64,000 nt of DNA from assembly GCA_964106645.2 (NCBI GenBank), contig OZ067038.1. The stretch is one strand, 5' to 3'. Shown one piece after another: positions 49,652-64,000 of the stretch. The first letter of the stretch is position 1, and the number at the start of each line of letters is the position of its first letter. The notes below the pieces were generated by a model. That model saw only the letters and a list, made by a program, of their open reading frames with translations, was not told the origin of the DNA and made no database searches. Made by a program: the position numbers and the translations under genes. The DNA is from Podarcis pityusensis. Its lineage: Eukaryota.

Positions 49652-52600
49652 CTGTGTAGGGGAAGAGAAAAAATATAAGCGACATTTCACAGATGGAAAC
49701 TTAAAAAAATCAGTTACTCAAGTACAGAGCTTCTGTGAGACAGCTGTCAACTCTGCAAGGAAGGTTCATGATGAACAAAATAACAAGGTGATGACAACTC
49801 CCTCTCCCCAAGAAAATATCACTCACACAAATCATGGATTAAAAGCCCATTTACTCTCTTCCAAGGCCCGGTAGATGACAAAGAATTGCTTTGCAAATGT
49901 AGTCAAAGAACACTTGTCCTTGCAAATAATGATGCATTCGTTCATTCTCTTACAAAGAACCTTCTGTGACAATGTTTTCTGAAACAACTTGTAGGGGTTA
50001 GACAAGCAGAAAAAGCAAGTGGGCCAATATTAAAGGTTATTAGCTTTGGCGTCTAAAACAAGAACAACAATGGCAGCACTTTTAATCATGATCTCATGCC
50101 GCCAACCTGAAACAGACACAGTTAGTGTTACTCAGAAGTCTTTTTTTGGTGGTGCTCAACAATGGATGCATTCATTTTTATGTTCATATAGTCTGCGTAT
50201 GCAGTCCCTTTCTGTGATTCATTAAAGGGAAAATAACTGTTAATACTTTCAAAATACAGTAAAGGCCAAAGATCAAACTCAAGATTATTTAGGAAAGTGA
50301 TGTCAGCAACCCTTCTACTCTGGAAGTATCACTTCTGACAGTGAGTAACAGAGCACACATGCTGCAAAACGCAACTTGCTACTTGACTTAGCTTCAGGAA
50401 ATTCAGAACTTGCATTTAGCATCACTTGTGAATATACCCTTGTCTAGTTTAGCCTTTCCTTTAGGTCATTATACGTTTTCCACTTACAAAACCAAAAGTG
50501 GCTAAACCAGGCCATATGAAAATAGAAACAGGGCTACACTTTAAATTATCATATGAAAAGCTGTGTGGCTTTCCTTATTTAGACTTCCTGTGAATAGGCA
50601 AGGAAGGGACTTAGGTCATACATGCAGAGAACAAAGAGTCACAGTCTAGCTTTATCTTCTGGTTATTTATCTGTAGTTCTCCCTGTGGAAGCTAATCTTG
50701 TTTGTTTGCACAAAGCCTGCCCTACCATTAGGCAGGGTGAGATGGCTGCCTCAGGCAGTGGACTCTGGGAAGAATGGCTTTGAAGGACAGGGCTACAAGG
50801 GCCCCACTGTCTGCCCTGCACCATCAAAGCTGCCCTTTGGATTACGTAAGATTCTGGCTGACTTCTGTTCAAAGAATGCTCACCTGGGGTGGGGAATGCC
50901 CTTGGCCTCAGGCAGCAAAATGTCTGGGGCCAGCCTTGTATTCTCCTGCCCCTCCCCAAATGCTAAGGACAGCTCGTTCTGAGAGACAGAGAAAAAGAGG
51001 CATCCAGCTATAGACAACAGGATGTCCTTCCCTATGGATATGACTTTAATCCCTTCCAGCTTTCTCTGCTTATTGGAACGATGCCTCCAAAGTTCTGAAC
51101 AGGCAGAGCTAGCTTGCTTTTCACATAGTAGGGTGTAATATGTAGCCAAAGTGAGAAACAAATGCAAATGGACAGTTGAAAGGGCCTGTAACTATGTTTT
51201 TTTGGCTGATCCTTTGCAATCATGCAATCAGCTGCTTCAGTCCTTTCCCAAAGCCTCAGCAATGTCAATTAAGCCTGTGGCATTAAACCAAGGTGAGGGC
51301 GGGGGCACATCCAATTCAGGCAAAAGAAGGAAAATGAGATTTATTCCAAGCCAAGACATCAGTATGATAAGAGAAACACCCACCCCTCCCCAAAATCAAA
51401 TGAAATGAGATGTGAAGTATTCACATCCAGAAATCTTTGAAATCCCATTAGTTGGTAATCAGCTACAAATGAAAAAGTGTGTCCCTTAAGCATAGCTGAA
51501 CAAAGTCGGATGCAGTACCAGCCTATACTGATTCCAAAGCAATTTGCCCCAGAGCAAACATTAGATTCCTTTCTGCTGCCAGGTGTAGGAATGGTTTTTA
51601 TTATTATTTACTAGTCTCCAATCTGCTCTTCCTCCACAGAAGGACGTCTGCCTTGTGATTTAGGCATAGGCATATGATAGCAACATCTCTCTTGGCTGTT
51701 TTAAATAAAAGATTCTGGGCGAGATGCAATGATGCTTCCCTAGAAGGGAAACTTTTAAAACAAAAACACAACTATCGGAAGAGGTGAAGAGAAACAGTAA
51801 TTCTGGTGCAGCTCATACCAGACAAAACATGCCAAGAGCTAAGTCATGGTGTAGGAACACAACCACGGGAGTTGCTGGCACAAGGAGAAAATTGTGCAGT
51901 GGGTTTGTTTGTTTTTAATCTGACTAGAGAACAATACTTTACTGCTCTAATCCACTGAGCGGAGCTGCCAGCCCCTCCCCCAAATTGTCAGTGGGCGCAA
52001 AATAAATAAATCAATAAATAAATAACAGCAGTTATTCCGAAAAGGAAACGGGGGAAGGGTTTTGTGAAGTCGTTGAGTAGACAGATGGAGGAAGGAGGGG
52101 GGAGAAGCAGCTGAGACATATGGCCTTGGAGCTCAAGGTAGCCTGAACATTCCAGGGCAGAATTAAATGGTTCCTAGAGATGAGAAGAATGACGATCAGT
52201 GAAGGGGGGGGGGGGGAGAAATCTACATCGAAGTCCCCACTTTGACCTTCAAGATTCTGAAACCAAACTCATTTGGAGTGCCTCCCATTTAAAAAGTGGA
52301 GCTGAGCACAAGATCAGCATGAGATATATAGGATGTGTACTAAGTTATTTCCATGCAGTCCATTTTTCAAACTATTATATATTTGTTTGCAGAATTTCAC
52401 ATCTACTATGTTTTTAATGTTTTGGGTTTTTTTTACAAAAAATAACCATTTGAGAGCAACTAAGAGACAGGAAAAAGGGATAACAACACATTTAACTACC
52501 AAAGCACCCCAAAGCAAAATCAAATGATTCACAAACATATTCTTTTTTGCTTCCATTTTCCCCAACAAGATGTATTAAGGTGGGGGGGAGAACAGTATAA

Positions 52601-55590
52601 TGGGAAAAGCTGGGGCTCTCTGGATGTTGTTGGACTACAACTCCCATGATCTGTGACCACTGTGCAGGCTGGCTGGGGCTGATGTGAGTTGGAGTCCAAT
52701 GATACATGGAAAGCTACAGCTTCCCCCACTGTTCTTTTATAGAGTCAGTAGTTGTGTACAAAGGCACAAGTCTGGAGTATGGAAGAACAGATGGGCCATC
52801 ATGGCTGAGTGGTTAGGCTCAAACGTGTCCCAAATGGAAAGTGGCAAGGACCAACATGAAAGGCATTCTATTTGTGGTGAATGTACTGGGCTTCATATTT
52901 CGTGGCCATCAGAATGCACAGGGCAGAAGAAGTAGGGTAGTCCCAGCTGAAATGGCACAGTAGTTCAGAAATAATTACTGTTATTAAAAATAAATTAATT
53001 ATTTTTAATTTACTAATTCCCACATGAGGAAAAATATTCTTTACAAAAGCATACTCAGGTGTTGTTAGACGTCATCATTCCTGACCATTGGGGCCATGCT
53101 AGCTGGGGCAAATGGGAGTCTTCATCTGGAGGGCTACAGATTCCCCAACCCCTGGTGAGAAGATGCATATAAGTATCACAGCAAGCACCAACTTATTGCA
53201 CAAGAGGAAATGCCTCTTACAAAATTTATCCATATTTAAATTCAAAATGTTTTCGTATCTGGGGACTAATTAATAGCAGGCACCTTTTTAAGTCCACTGA
53301 AGTGTTTCAAATCAATTCCTCTAACTGGTTAAGCAACCCAACTTTGCAGCCTAACTCAAGGCAGACTAAAATAATTACATCTAAATCTTTGCATTATCTA
53401 AAATTAGATCATCCCAATTCAGCATTCAAGACACAGCAAGCCAACATATCAATCCATGACTCCTGGGGCATCTCAATAACCTGGCAACAACCACATTCAT
53501 GCAAGCTGTGTGCTAATCATCTTAATTTTGGACTCATAAAAGATTCAGTTTAGGTTTCAGCCTTCCAGCTCAATGATCCATTTCTTTCCAAAATGGCCCT
53601 TGATGCTGATCAGGTTCCATACTCCTTAAACAAAATTTTCCAGGAATGAAGGCAAGATGGGGTGATTATAATTATTCATTACACTAATGTAATCTAAGGT
53701 ATTTGTTTATTTTACAACAAAACACAAGCTGAATGGATTTTTAAAAAATCGTTTCTATTTTGCCTACACTGCATCGTTGTCAGCATTCCACAGGCTGCAA
53801 TGTATCCTGCTCAGGTACAGAGACTACTTTGCTGACACTTCAACCGCATGCATTATGTCTCTAACATGGCAGCAAGGTGGGGGGTGGGGAGTGAAGAATC
53901 TGGATAAAGCACTTAATGAATTATAGCAGGTCAGTCCAAGGCCTCTGTCATTAGTTTACAACTTTGCAGGGCAAGACTGCAGGGCAAGAAACTAGGCAGG
54001 TGGTTATTTTCCTGCATGCATCCCAAAGAGAAGGCATCTCCACATAGGGTGGAGAGACTCCTGCCAGGAACCCTTAAGAGCCTCTGCCAATCAGTGTAGA
54101 CAACGCCAAGCTAAATGGACCAATGGTCATTAATGGCATTTTTAAAAATGTGGAGAGCTTTGTTGTTGTTTTTTTAAGAAAAATGTTACTAGCAGCTGCA
54201 GCAGGAACTTAGGGAAGAGAGTTTAACACTCTCCGCCGCCTCCCATCATGATCCCATGGTCTTGAATATTGCCCAGCTGAAGCAGCTATTTGCAGAGAGG
54301 AGGCTTCCCTCTAGATACAAATGACAATTATAGGAGCACAATTTTCATTAGGAGGGGAAGGGGTTAAACTCGCCCTTCTTCACCCCTCAGGGTCCTGCTG
54401 CTGTTAAGCACCCCCTGCCCATGGCTATTTCATTTGTAAACAAGGCTTCAAGTTAATCATATTCACGCAATTAGTGTCACATCTAGTTTGAACCTTAGTT
54501 TTCCACATTTAAGCAACTTTGACAAGGAGAAATATTCAACTGTGCAATCCCTCTCTTGGAGTAAGAAACTGGTACACTCTGCCAAAAGCTGAACTACATG
54601 ACTGTGCTGCTTGTGTATCTTGGCACTAAAAAGAATATTTTAATTGCAATTCCTCCCTCTGTCTCTGATCTCTTTCAATCCACCTTCCTCTCATTTATGA
54701 TTTCTGTATGCATAGCCCTGCTAGATGTTAATACCTGAGGCCAGAAATTGATTATAAAATGCAGCATTAACCAGCACTGTTGCCATAAGAATCTACTGCA
54801 AACTTCAGAACAGGTTAAGCACACGGTAGATGTAAAATAAGTTCCGTTGCAGTAACACTGGAGTACAGGGCAAAAGCCAAGATCTATAGGTGTTTGGGAT
54901 CACTTTCCATGGAAGGTTTCCTAAGGGTGTAGCAGCTGAACACCATTAAAGAACTGTTTAGGTCTCAGGGTCACATTAAATAAAATATTTTCTAACTTCA
55001 AGAGAAGTTCACTGCTGGAATGTTGCCCTGGGAAGTTACAGGAGGAAACTGGGATCTCTTGGGGATTTTCAGGTTTTAGTACAGTTCTAAGGCATGTTTT
55101 CAACCAAACAACCCACCGGAGGCGTTTTCAACATTCATTACACATTCTATGAAACTCTCCTTTGGTGGAGATGATCACTGTGGCACTTGCATGCAATTCA
55201 GCAAATATTCAAAGTAATAAAGGCAGCTGTTCAATTGAATGTTCCCTTCTCAAGGATCCTCCCAATATCTGTACCAGGGGCTTCCTATGGAATTAAAATA
55301 GCCTAAGCTAAATCTTGGTCAGAGTTTCATCCAAGCCTATGTGACTGTAGGCAAGTCAAGGGCAGAGTGAAAGTGAGATTTTCCAGTCACATGGACTGTG
55401 GGGTAGTGCTTACTGAAAATAAGTAAAGGGACTCTGCTGGATGGGGGAGCTTTTCTGAGTTTGGTTGGGCAAGGTAATTTATTGTGCTACCCAAGAGCAT
55501 TCAGGAGCCCTAAAAATGTTGTCTTTGGAGACTTCAACCAATGTTCTTCTAGTGTCAAAGACCTCCACAAAAGAACAGATGGAACTTCTC

Positions 55591-55632
<42 letters not shown>
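55591..55632. repeat. Compound (GT)7(GA)14 microsatellite
   Basis: Direct observation. Confidence 0.97.
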
Positions 55633-55635
<3 letters not shown>

Positions 55636-55744
55636 CCTTACAGAGGACTAAGAAGCAAGTTTGGTCTAGCAGATGAGCAAACTGACAGTCTGGACTTTTC
55701 CAACTGTGAGGGCTGTGAAGATGAATTTTTGATGTAAGCAATCT

Positions 55745-56420
55745 GAACTTTGCCACAAACTTTGGGCTTCTGCAAATGGAGGATGTTCCTATTCATGTAG
55801 AGAGCAACATTCTTCTTCTTTGATGATCACAACACCTTTGGTAAAGGCTGTTCTCCAACTGGAGCGCTTGCAGGCCAGTGTTTCCCAATTGTCAGTGTTT
55901 ATACTACTTTTTTTAAAAAGATTTGCCTTGTGAAGGTCTTTAAACCTCTTTTGTTGTCAACCAGCATTACACTTTGAATTTTTAAGTTGAAATGGAGTAG
56001 TTGCTTTGGAAGATGATAATCAGGCATCTGTACAACATGACCAGTCCAATGAATTTGATGTTGAAGAATCATTGCTTTGACAATGGTGATCTTTGCTTCT
56101 TCCAGTACACTGGCATTAGTTTGCCCGTCTTCCCATGTGGTATGTAGTTTTTTCCGGGGACACCACTGTTGAAATATTTCAAGCAGCTGGAGGTGGTGTT
56201 TATAAGTGGTCCATGTTTCACAAGCATACAAAAGGTTGGTAGTACAATAGTTTTGTAAACAAGCATTTTGGTTTCCCTGTGAATGTCCCAGTCCTCAAAC
56301 ACTCTGCACTTCAATCAGAAGAAAGCTGCACTCGCAGAGCTCAGGTGATGCTGGATTTCAGCATCAATGTCAGCCCTTGTGGAAGGAGCTCAGGTAGGAG
56401 AAGTGATCAACGTAGAGACA
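55745..56420 (-). mobile_element. RTE-clade LINE fragment (degenerate ORF C-terminal to the RT domain)
   Basis: Frameshifted VDHFSYL..DIDAEIQHHLSSASAAF..TKMLVYKTIVLPT..YACETWT..WEDGQTNASVLEEA..HWTGHVVQMPDYHLPKQLL..GQQKRFKD, typical RTE motifs. Confidence 0.9.
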
Positions 56421-59400
56421 ATTCAAACCTGGATCCTGGCAGAGAATAATTCTACAGAAAGAACTTTTATTTGATGTGCGACACTAAAAAACAGTTCCAT
56501 TTCAATATCAATTTGAAAAAGGTAATTCTGTGGAGAACACAATATGGAGAAGGCAATCTGGCGTGGATAAGGCCAGTGGAACTGAGAAGACCAAGACCAA
56601 TTGGGGAAAGGATAACAATTCAGAAAGGACTTAAAACAGCAGAATCCAAAGTGACATGTGACTGCAGCATTCACTGTGTGAGTATATCCCACAGTTTGTG
56701 TGTATGAATGAAAGGATAGTCAGCCTAGGTAGGATAATTCACAATACATTTGGTTGTGTTTAGGGCGATAATGCTAGGGTTATTCCAGAAACTATTAGCT
56801 GTGGTATATTCATTGGGAATCCAAGAAAACGCCACCCTAAACGCATTTTAACAGATCGGATTTATTCTGACAGGGCATTAACGTCAATAGGCTTTCACTT
56901 CTAAGTTCATTGCTTTGCAATAAATGTCTTATCTGATGCCTAATAGAATACACCCCAAACACTCCATTTATAAACAATTCAATTCATCTCTCTAATACAA
57001 GAGTTATTTTGCCTCTCACTCCTTATTCTTAGCCACAGAAGACATTTGCATGAAAATAGGATCTAGGCTCCTTAGGAGTTTCCCTGCCATCTGCTGCTAT
57101 GACTCTATCCTCACTCATTGTTTTAATTTGTGAAGTCACGAGTGCGGATGAAAGCAGAAGGTACAGTTTGAGATAAGTGTGGGAATAAGCACACAGAACA
57201 AAAGTGACAACCTTAGTGAAATTAATGTAGCAAAAGACTTCTTAAGCACAGGGCTATGCTGTGCGATTTCCAAGGGTATATCCAGATGGCTCTCATTTTG
57301 GAAACTGAAAATTGCTTCAGAGTTCCCAGCCCTGGCATACAGGATACACTGGCCCATGCTCTTCCATCCTGGTCCACACAGTTTCTTTGTGGCCACTGCA
57401 AAACCAATGCAAACTGTGAAGTCGGAAGAATCAATTCATTAAACCTATAACAATGACGCTCTGTGGGGAGGAAATGTGCTTTTCTGTGGCACAGTTCTCA
57501 TGATCTTGGCCATGTCCTACAAAGATGAGTTAGGATCATGAAAAGTTCCCACATGGAGCAGCCCTAGGCATGGAAACCGGTATTTGATAAGAGTATTTGG
57601 GCATCCTGAGAAACTCAAGAACTATAAAAAGGAAATTATTTCAAAACCTCGGCATCACAGAGGAAAACAGGTGGTCAGTTTTAGGTGAAACTTTGGAAAT
57701 CAGAGCACCTGGGCAAAAGTTTAAGAGCAAAATCATGTGTTGATAACTGCTTTAAATATAAATAAATAAAGTATGCTCAACACTACCTATTGAATTTTGA
57801 AGAAAAAGCAACCAGATTGGGGCCTGATCCACATCACGGATCCAAATTAGTTTTCCACCAACACACCCTTCTTCCCTCTAGGGACCCACAACAGCTGGCA
57901 GAGGACATTTGGTGGGAAACTGGCAAAGGCCCCTCATTTGGATCAAAGCCCCACAGTTGATTTTCCATTAAGTACCAGTGGCAGCATTAAGGGCAGCTTT
58001 TTAAAAGTGTGATTGATATAATGGCCCTTAGCTGCTAGTGAGTGACAAGTTAGTGCTCTTCCACATCTACCTTCTTCCGTGTTTCATTGCTCACACTGTC
58101 AAAATCTCCATGCCATTTCTTCCTTGCAGTCTCCTTCCTCCTTCTAAGTCCTGCTCCCCATCACAAATTCCAAAGCCTTTTAAAATCAAAACCATGGGAT
58201 TTTGCAAATGTCAGTAATTTGCATTAATTTAGTGGGCACAGAATTTAGCTTGTACTGATGCATCAGAACTGGGCTATGGGTTCAGCATGCTATAGCAGTG
58301 TTTACATCAGTCCACCTTATGAAAGAAGAAAAGCTGTGAGTAGAATCCAGGTTTGTAGAATTCATTCACAAAGCTGCTTGGCAACTGCCAATGCAATTTT
58401 TACAAGCAATGGAGAAGAATTATTAGATCCTTGCCCAGTAGCTGCGAGTGTGAGATTGTGCTTGGCAGTCTTGGAACTACTCGACAAGATTAGCTTATTG
58501 TCCCATTAACATCAACCTGCAAAGGGGGTTGAGCTAAACAAATAATCATATTAGTTTCCAGCCAACCAAATCCTAATTACTGACAGCCTCAATAACCAAC
58601 ATGCAGGATACAGAGCATCTGTCATGCCCCAAAGCAGATGGCGCTAAAAGAGCAGAATAGGAATTCAAGAATGCTCAAGGGTTACGAAAATAAATAAATA
58701 AAAATAAAAGCCAAATCCTACAATTTCAATTTTCTAAGCAAAAACAAAGAAACAACCCCAAAACATAACATAAACTGTAGAGACAAACTGGTGATCTGTA
58801 AAAATCCATTATCATCCCCACTGAAAAGACAAGTGAAGCAGAACTGAGCTACTTTATCCAGACACCAGTCAAGTGGAAACAAATTCATTTTCCTGCTAAA
58901 CAACACAACACATTCATGGCTGCCGTCTAGTACCAATATTCACTTCCGCTTAACGCCAACTGATTCTATTTAAACAATGGAACTAGTAAGGTAATAACTC
59001 ACCACCTCCCATATTAAACCGCAAGAACCTGAGTACAGGGCAGGGGGAGAACAGTTCTCTATTTGAAGGGCTGCCTGGTCCAAGTGGAGGTTAAAGATAA
59101 AAGACTCCTAAGAAGGAAGACTCAGGGCCCTTGAAGTTGCCCATCTACAGCAGGTAGACTGAGCAGTCACAGTATTTCCCATTATGGTGAATTTAATTTT
59201 CATTTAAAAGGCTCCTGGAGTGCTTTCTAGGTGGAATGTTATATCCATAACATTCATAAACTATATTGCGTTTTTATTTAAACTATAGTAATTCTTTCTA
59301 AATTGGCACCTATGCACAAATTTCTGCCCTTTTCTTGGTGATGCCTTTGCTCGTTTTGGATGATGCACAAGCAACCAACCTAATGACAACCATTCTGAGT

Positions 59401-61737
59401 CATAAGCACATCCCATCAGCTGGCGTAGTCTGTCTTCCCTGAGGTCAGATGCCCTCAGGTTTCTCTGTGATAAGAAACCAAGGGACTTGCTTGCAAGTCC
59501 ACCAATGGCAACGCATAGTTGACACTGGCAAGCTTTTAGTTCATCAGAGCATCAGTATACTAGATGACGAGAGCAGAAATACACATGTCACTTGCCATAA
59601 TATTTTTGCTTCCTAGCATCTTCTTAGTTAGAAGCCATTCTGTTCTAAAGATTTACCAGGCCTCTTATATCTTTAGAACTGGTTGGTTGTTTCCCACCAC
59701 TGCTTGCCGGGGGGGGGGGGGACATAATTCCAAATACTTTTTAAACAAGCTTTGTTTTTTAAATTTTGAAAATCCAGAGTCTTGTAAAAGTCTAAACAAT
59801 CATAGATCATATGGCTGAAGTAAATGAGAAATGGCTGTTTGCATTTCACATAATGTAAGAATTAGAGGTGCATTTTGATAACACACTCATCCTGTACAGA
59901 AACAAACAAGCACAAGCAGCTGCAAGGCCAACTTACTAACAGATGAGTGAGTTAATTGCAAGCTTGAGAAAAGAAAGAACAAGAAAGCAGTGATAATCCT
60001 TGAAACCTCTGTAGCTATTTTGCTGTAAAACCTCCATTAATTTAAACAAGCCTTCAATAGTGATTGACTCAGCTAATAATAAGTTATAGAATGCTTATGA
60101 AAATGCCAAATCTGCTTAGACATTTTTAAAAGAATCAGGATGCACACAAGGTACAGGGAAAAGCAGGGTTATGTGTTGCTGATTGGAAAAGATTAATTCT
60201 TTATTTATAGGTTTTTATATGCTGCCCAATAGCAGTGTTCTCTGGAAAGCTTACACATTAAACATTAAAATACAATGAAAATTAATCAACTCTTCAAAAC
60301 GCAATAAAAATCAATATAAAATTTAAACAGCAGCAGGTAGAAAAGCGTAAGAGTGGAGAACTGATGCAGGAAGGCACTGCGCCCTAAAAATAATAACAAT
60401 TAAAGACTTTGCAAATTAATAGAGGTGCCAATTTATATATGAATGTCAATCATCACAGTTAATTGTGCACTATTAATTTGATATTCTTTTCTTTTTTTAG
60501 TATATTAACCTCTGCAACACATTTATGATTTCAGAACATAAAACACAATTTATATTGCCCTTGTGTATGCATGTGCTCACATGCGTTCTCATGTATGAAT
60601 GCATTTATTGCTAAGTTGCCTCCCTCATACTGGTGGGCACACAATACATTTTGAATACGTAAATTAAGCCCTTACATAGAACCTCTGAAACTAAACACAA
60701 CTTTCCAGGCCGTTGGAAAGCTGACAGCAACAGCGAAATAAGACTCATGGCTTCCCTGGGCCATTTCCCCTCATTTCTCCATTTACACCAGTGATTCCAG
60801 CTTGCCTTTAACTGGTTAATCCCTCATTCCCTAGCATGTTCTGTATCTTTGTAATTGATGGCAGCTTCTCAGATTATGGCCTCAAACAATATACACAGCA
60901 AATTACTCCATTTCTTATTCCCTGACACACCTTTCCATCATTCCTAGTGACAATGAGTTCTTTATAGAGTAATTTACTTTTTAAAAGGAACAAAATAAAA
61001 TAAACACTACTTTTGCTCGAATATGAAGATGAATGCTACCCTGAGGAAATTCTGATTAAATCTAGATTTACGTCTGCATCGGTAAAGAGAGAGTTATTAA
61101 AAATATATGAATAAGCACCGCTTCATAAACATTGTTTTTGAAAAAATGCAACAACCTGAACTCCTGTTGCCTTGCCAAGAAAAAGCAACCTCAAATAAAA
61201 ACAGAAATACAGTGGGCCTCTGACAACCAGCAACAAGGGCAGTCATCCAAGTGGAAACTCAGAGGCCATAAAAACAGTAATGAAAGAGACAGAGCATTTT
61301 TCCAGAGTAGGGAATAAGTCAATTTGGGTGTTGAAGCACAATCCCATTCCTAACCATGACAGTCTTACACCTTAATATAACATCCCACAGGAGAATCATC
61401 CCAGGGAGAGGAGCAGCAATTAGGGGTTTTAGCTAGAGGGCTGGGAAAAGAACCAAGGCCTCCCCAACTTCAACTATCCAAGAAAAGGAGGTCTCCTTGT
61501 TCAAATGTGGAGTCACCAACACCACAACTGTCTGGTGCCGATTGAGTATGGCCCTGGAAGGAGAAATGGAAGTGAAATTATTACAGTTTATCTCTGGGCA
61601 GTTCAGATTGTTGCATCTGGTGTCTGGTGGAAATCAATGAATTTATTTTTATTTACACCCTACCTTCTCATGATGCAGTCTACAAGATGGTGGTGGTGGC
61701 AATTGTTTCTAATTTGAAACAATTGCTAATTGGCATA

Positions 61738-62030
61738 GATAGAACCAGAGAATTGTACAGTTGGATGGGATCCTGAGGGGTCATCAATTACAACCCACTG
61801 CAATGCAGGAATCTCAACTAGATCATACATGACAGCTGGTTATCCAACCTCTGCTTAAAAATCTCCAAGCTAGGAGAGTCCACCACATTCCAAGAGAGTC
61901 CCTTCCATTGCTGAGCAGCTCTTACTGCCAGAAAAGTTCTTCTTGATGTTTAGTTGGAATCTCCTTTCTTGTAACTTAAAGTCATTGGTTTGGGTCCTAC
62001 CTTGCAGAGCAAGAGAAAACAAGCTTGTTT
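61738..62030 (-). mobile_element. CR1 LINE 3' fragment
   Basis: Minus translation LFSLALQGRTQTNDFKLQERRFQLNIKKNF (CR1 ORF2 C-terminus), followed by the CR1 3'UTR. Confidence 0.88.
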
Positions 62031-62587
62031 GACCTTTCATGTGATAGCTCTTATCCAGGCTAAACGTATCCACATGTTTAAGCTACAATTTTACATACCA
62101 ATCATGAGTTTCAAGCTTACATATGATCAACTCCCCCTTTCCTGGCACAGCTGCAAGGTGCTCAGAAAGTTCCACTTCGTTTTGATTAAGCACAGTTTAG
62201 CATTATATCCAAAACCTAAAACAAGCCAGCTTCATAAACCATGATTTAGGAAACAATAAGACTAACCAAGAGTCTTCCTACATTCAGATATCCCTTTAAG
62301 CTACATTTAGTAAAAAAAATAAATGGAAGCAATACCTTCCAAACTCCTCTTTGTAGTGGTGCCAAATGAGCATGGGGTGGTAAAGGTTGTACAGAGCAAG
62401 ACAGCAAGATCTAGTCCTCTGCTTCCTGGGACCTGTCCAGGGTTCTGAAGGCCTCAACTCTGACCACCTATTCCAAGTTCTCAGTCCCTCTGCTTGCTGG
62501 TTCCAATGCTCTCTTTGCTCCAGGCCCCTTGTCAGGATTTCTCAGTCTAAAGGTGAAGTAGCATCTGTGTGACTGAATAGTCACAAC

Positions 62588-62715
62588 CAGTGCTTTTTTC
62601 CTGGGGGCACTCAGGGGTACTCAGTACTGACACATTTCCCCAATTGTTAAAAGTGTGGCACTTAATGTAATAATTTCATGATGACCAGCACCCTTTTCTC
62701 TTTATTAAAGCACTG
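62588..62715. mobile_element. hAT-type MITE
   Basis: TIRs cagtgcttt / aaagcactg, 8-bp TSD gtcacaac / gtcataac. Confidence 0.75.
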
Positions 62716-64000
62716 GTCATAACCAAAATATAATTTGCATTATTATCTCTTGTAAGCAGCCCTGGAGAGCATTTGGTCAGAAGCCAGTGTATAAATCTTT
62801 TTTTAACCAATTAATTATAATAATTTGCTTGGAATTTGCTTAAAAAAACTTTATCTTTTATTTTTAAAAATTGATACAACCCATACAAAACTCCCAAAAG
62901 TATGTATATCTCACCTCCTTGTAAAATGGAGCAGCTCACTAAAACTAAGGAGGAACATCTTCCACTACACATTTGCCATAAATACAGAAGCTTGAACTAA
63001 ATGGCATGAGAATTGTGGAGGGAATAAAGCCCTTGCTGCCAACATATAAGGTTGCAGCTCAAATCAGCGGCTTAGGGCAGCTGCCATTACCCTAAAGTAC
63101 TGCCCCTGGGACAGGTACCTTCAAAAGAGAGTGCCTATTTCAAATATTTTGTTCTTGCAAGTTGTTATAATGTTTGTTTTAAAATATAGAACATGTTGGA
63201 GTAAATTACAGATACTATCCTGAAGCCACAGCAATCATATGTTACTAGTGCAGCTAAAGGACCAAAGGAATCAATTGTTTGTTGTAATAGGAATGAGACT
63301 AATAGGAAAAGTATCTATACAACTCTGGTTGAGAAGAACAAAATGGCTTTTAGGGATGGTTCTGCCTGAACAATGGATTGAAATTGTAAGTGTTAAGCTA
63401 TGCTTTCAGAAAAAGCCATGGATGAGAAGTTTCCAGATTCTGTCTTAGTAGCCTCTCCTTCTTCCATTTTGAGAAAAGAATGATATGTAACATACTTCCT
63501 CCTGCTATTCCTGCACCTGGTTTTTCTTTAACACTATTTGATCAAGCAGCGATCTGCTCCTGAACTGTGGCCACAAACCATCCATCGCAAACAGGATGCA
63601 GTTCACTAATGAGTATACACATTTAACATATGTGTTTGCAAACACATATTTTTTTCACATTCATACTTTACATTCATACACTTAAAACATATTGGCTGAC
63701 ACACCTAAAAATATACTTCTGAAGAGTCCCTTACAGAAGAAAATACTATAGAGTTCTACCTTCTCTTAGAAGACTTAGATAGCCTCATGGGATTCAGGCA
63801 GAAATTTGGCAGATGGGGAAACGCATACATTTCTAGCTTCCCTGTAACGTCCTGTAAGACTCACCAGAAAGAAGGACTGGTTTAATATTAGGCCCTGGCT
63901 GCTGTGGGGTCTGTGGCATAATGCAACATTAGAGAGGGTACAGTCATTATTGCTTTGCCACCACTCCTGGCCAACCTCAGACTCACCACAGGAAGTCAGC

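Noticed and set aside
63840-64000. Two gtgagt donor-like sites (minus strand) as the missing upstream Sema-domain exon
   Set aside because: Translations do not resemble the expected ...PLERC... sequence; that exon must lie beyond the window.

Overview
Vertebrate genomic DNA, almost certainly from a squamate and probably a lacertid lizard (full-length Sauria SINE with an (ACCTTT)n tail, squamate tRNA-SINEs, lizard-type hAT MITEs). The window holds the 3' half of SEMA5B (semaphorin-5B) on the minus strand. I hand-assembled eleven GT-AG coding exons (49651 down to the stop at 10154; 1765 nt, about 587 aa) with consistent splice phases. They encode the end of the PSI domain, the thrombospondin type-1 repeats (TSR), a stalk, the transmembrane helix and the cytoplasmic tail. 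The Sema-domain exons lie beyond position 64000. A probable long, apparently repeat-free 3'UTR of about 4.5-4.8 kb follows. The introns contain many transposon relics: a young internally deleted Tc1 with 75-bp TIRs, several hAT MITEs with 8-bp TSDs, a Tigger/pogo-like MITE, Sauria and other SINEs, CR1, L2 and RTE fragments, and a possible solo LTR. There are also microsatellites and several enhancer-like non-coding blocks. Nearly all short ORFs in the supplied track are spurious. I see no demonstrably new biological system. The best leads are testable isoform hypotheses around the Tc1-containing intron, a possible horizontal origin of the Tc1, inverted SINEs around one exon, the long 3'UTR and candidate conserved non-coding elements.
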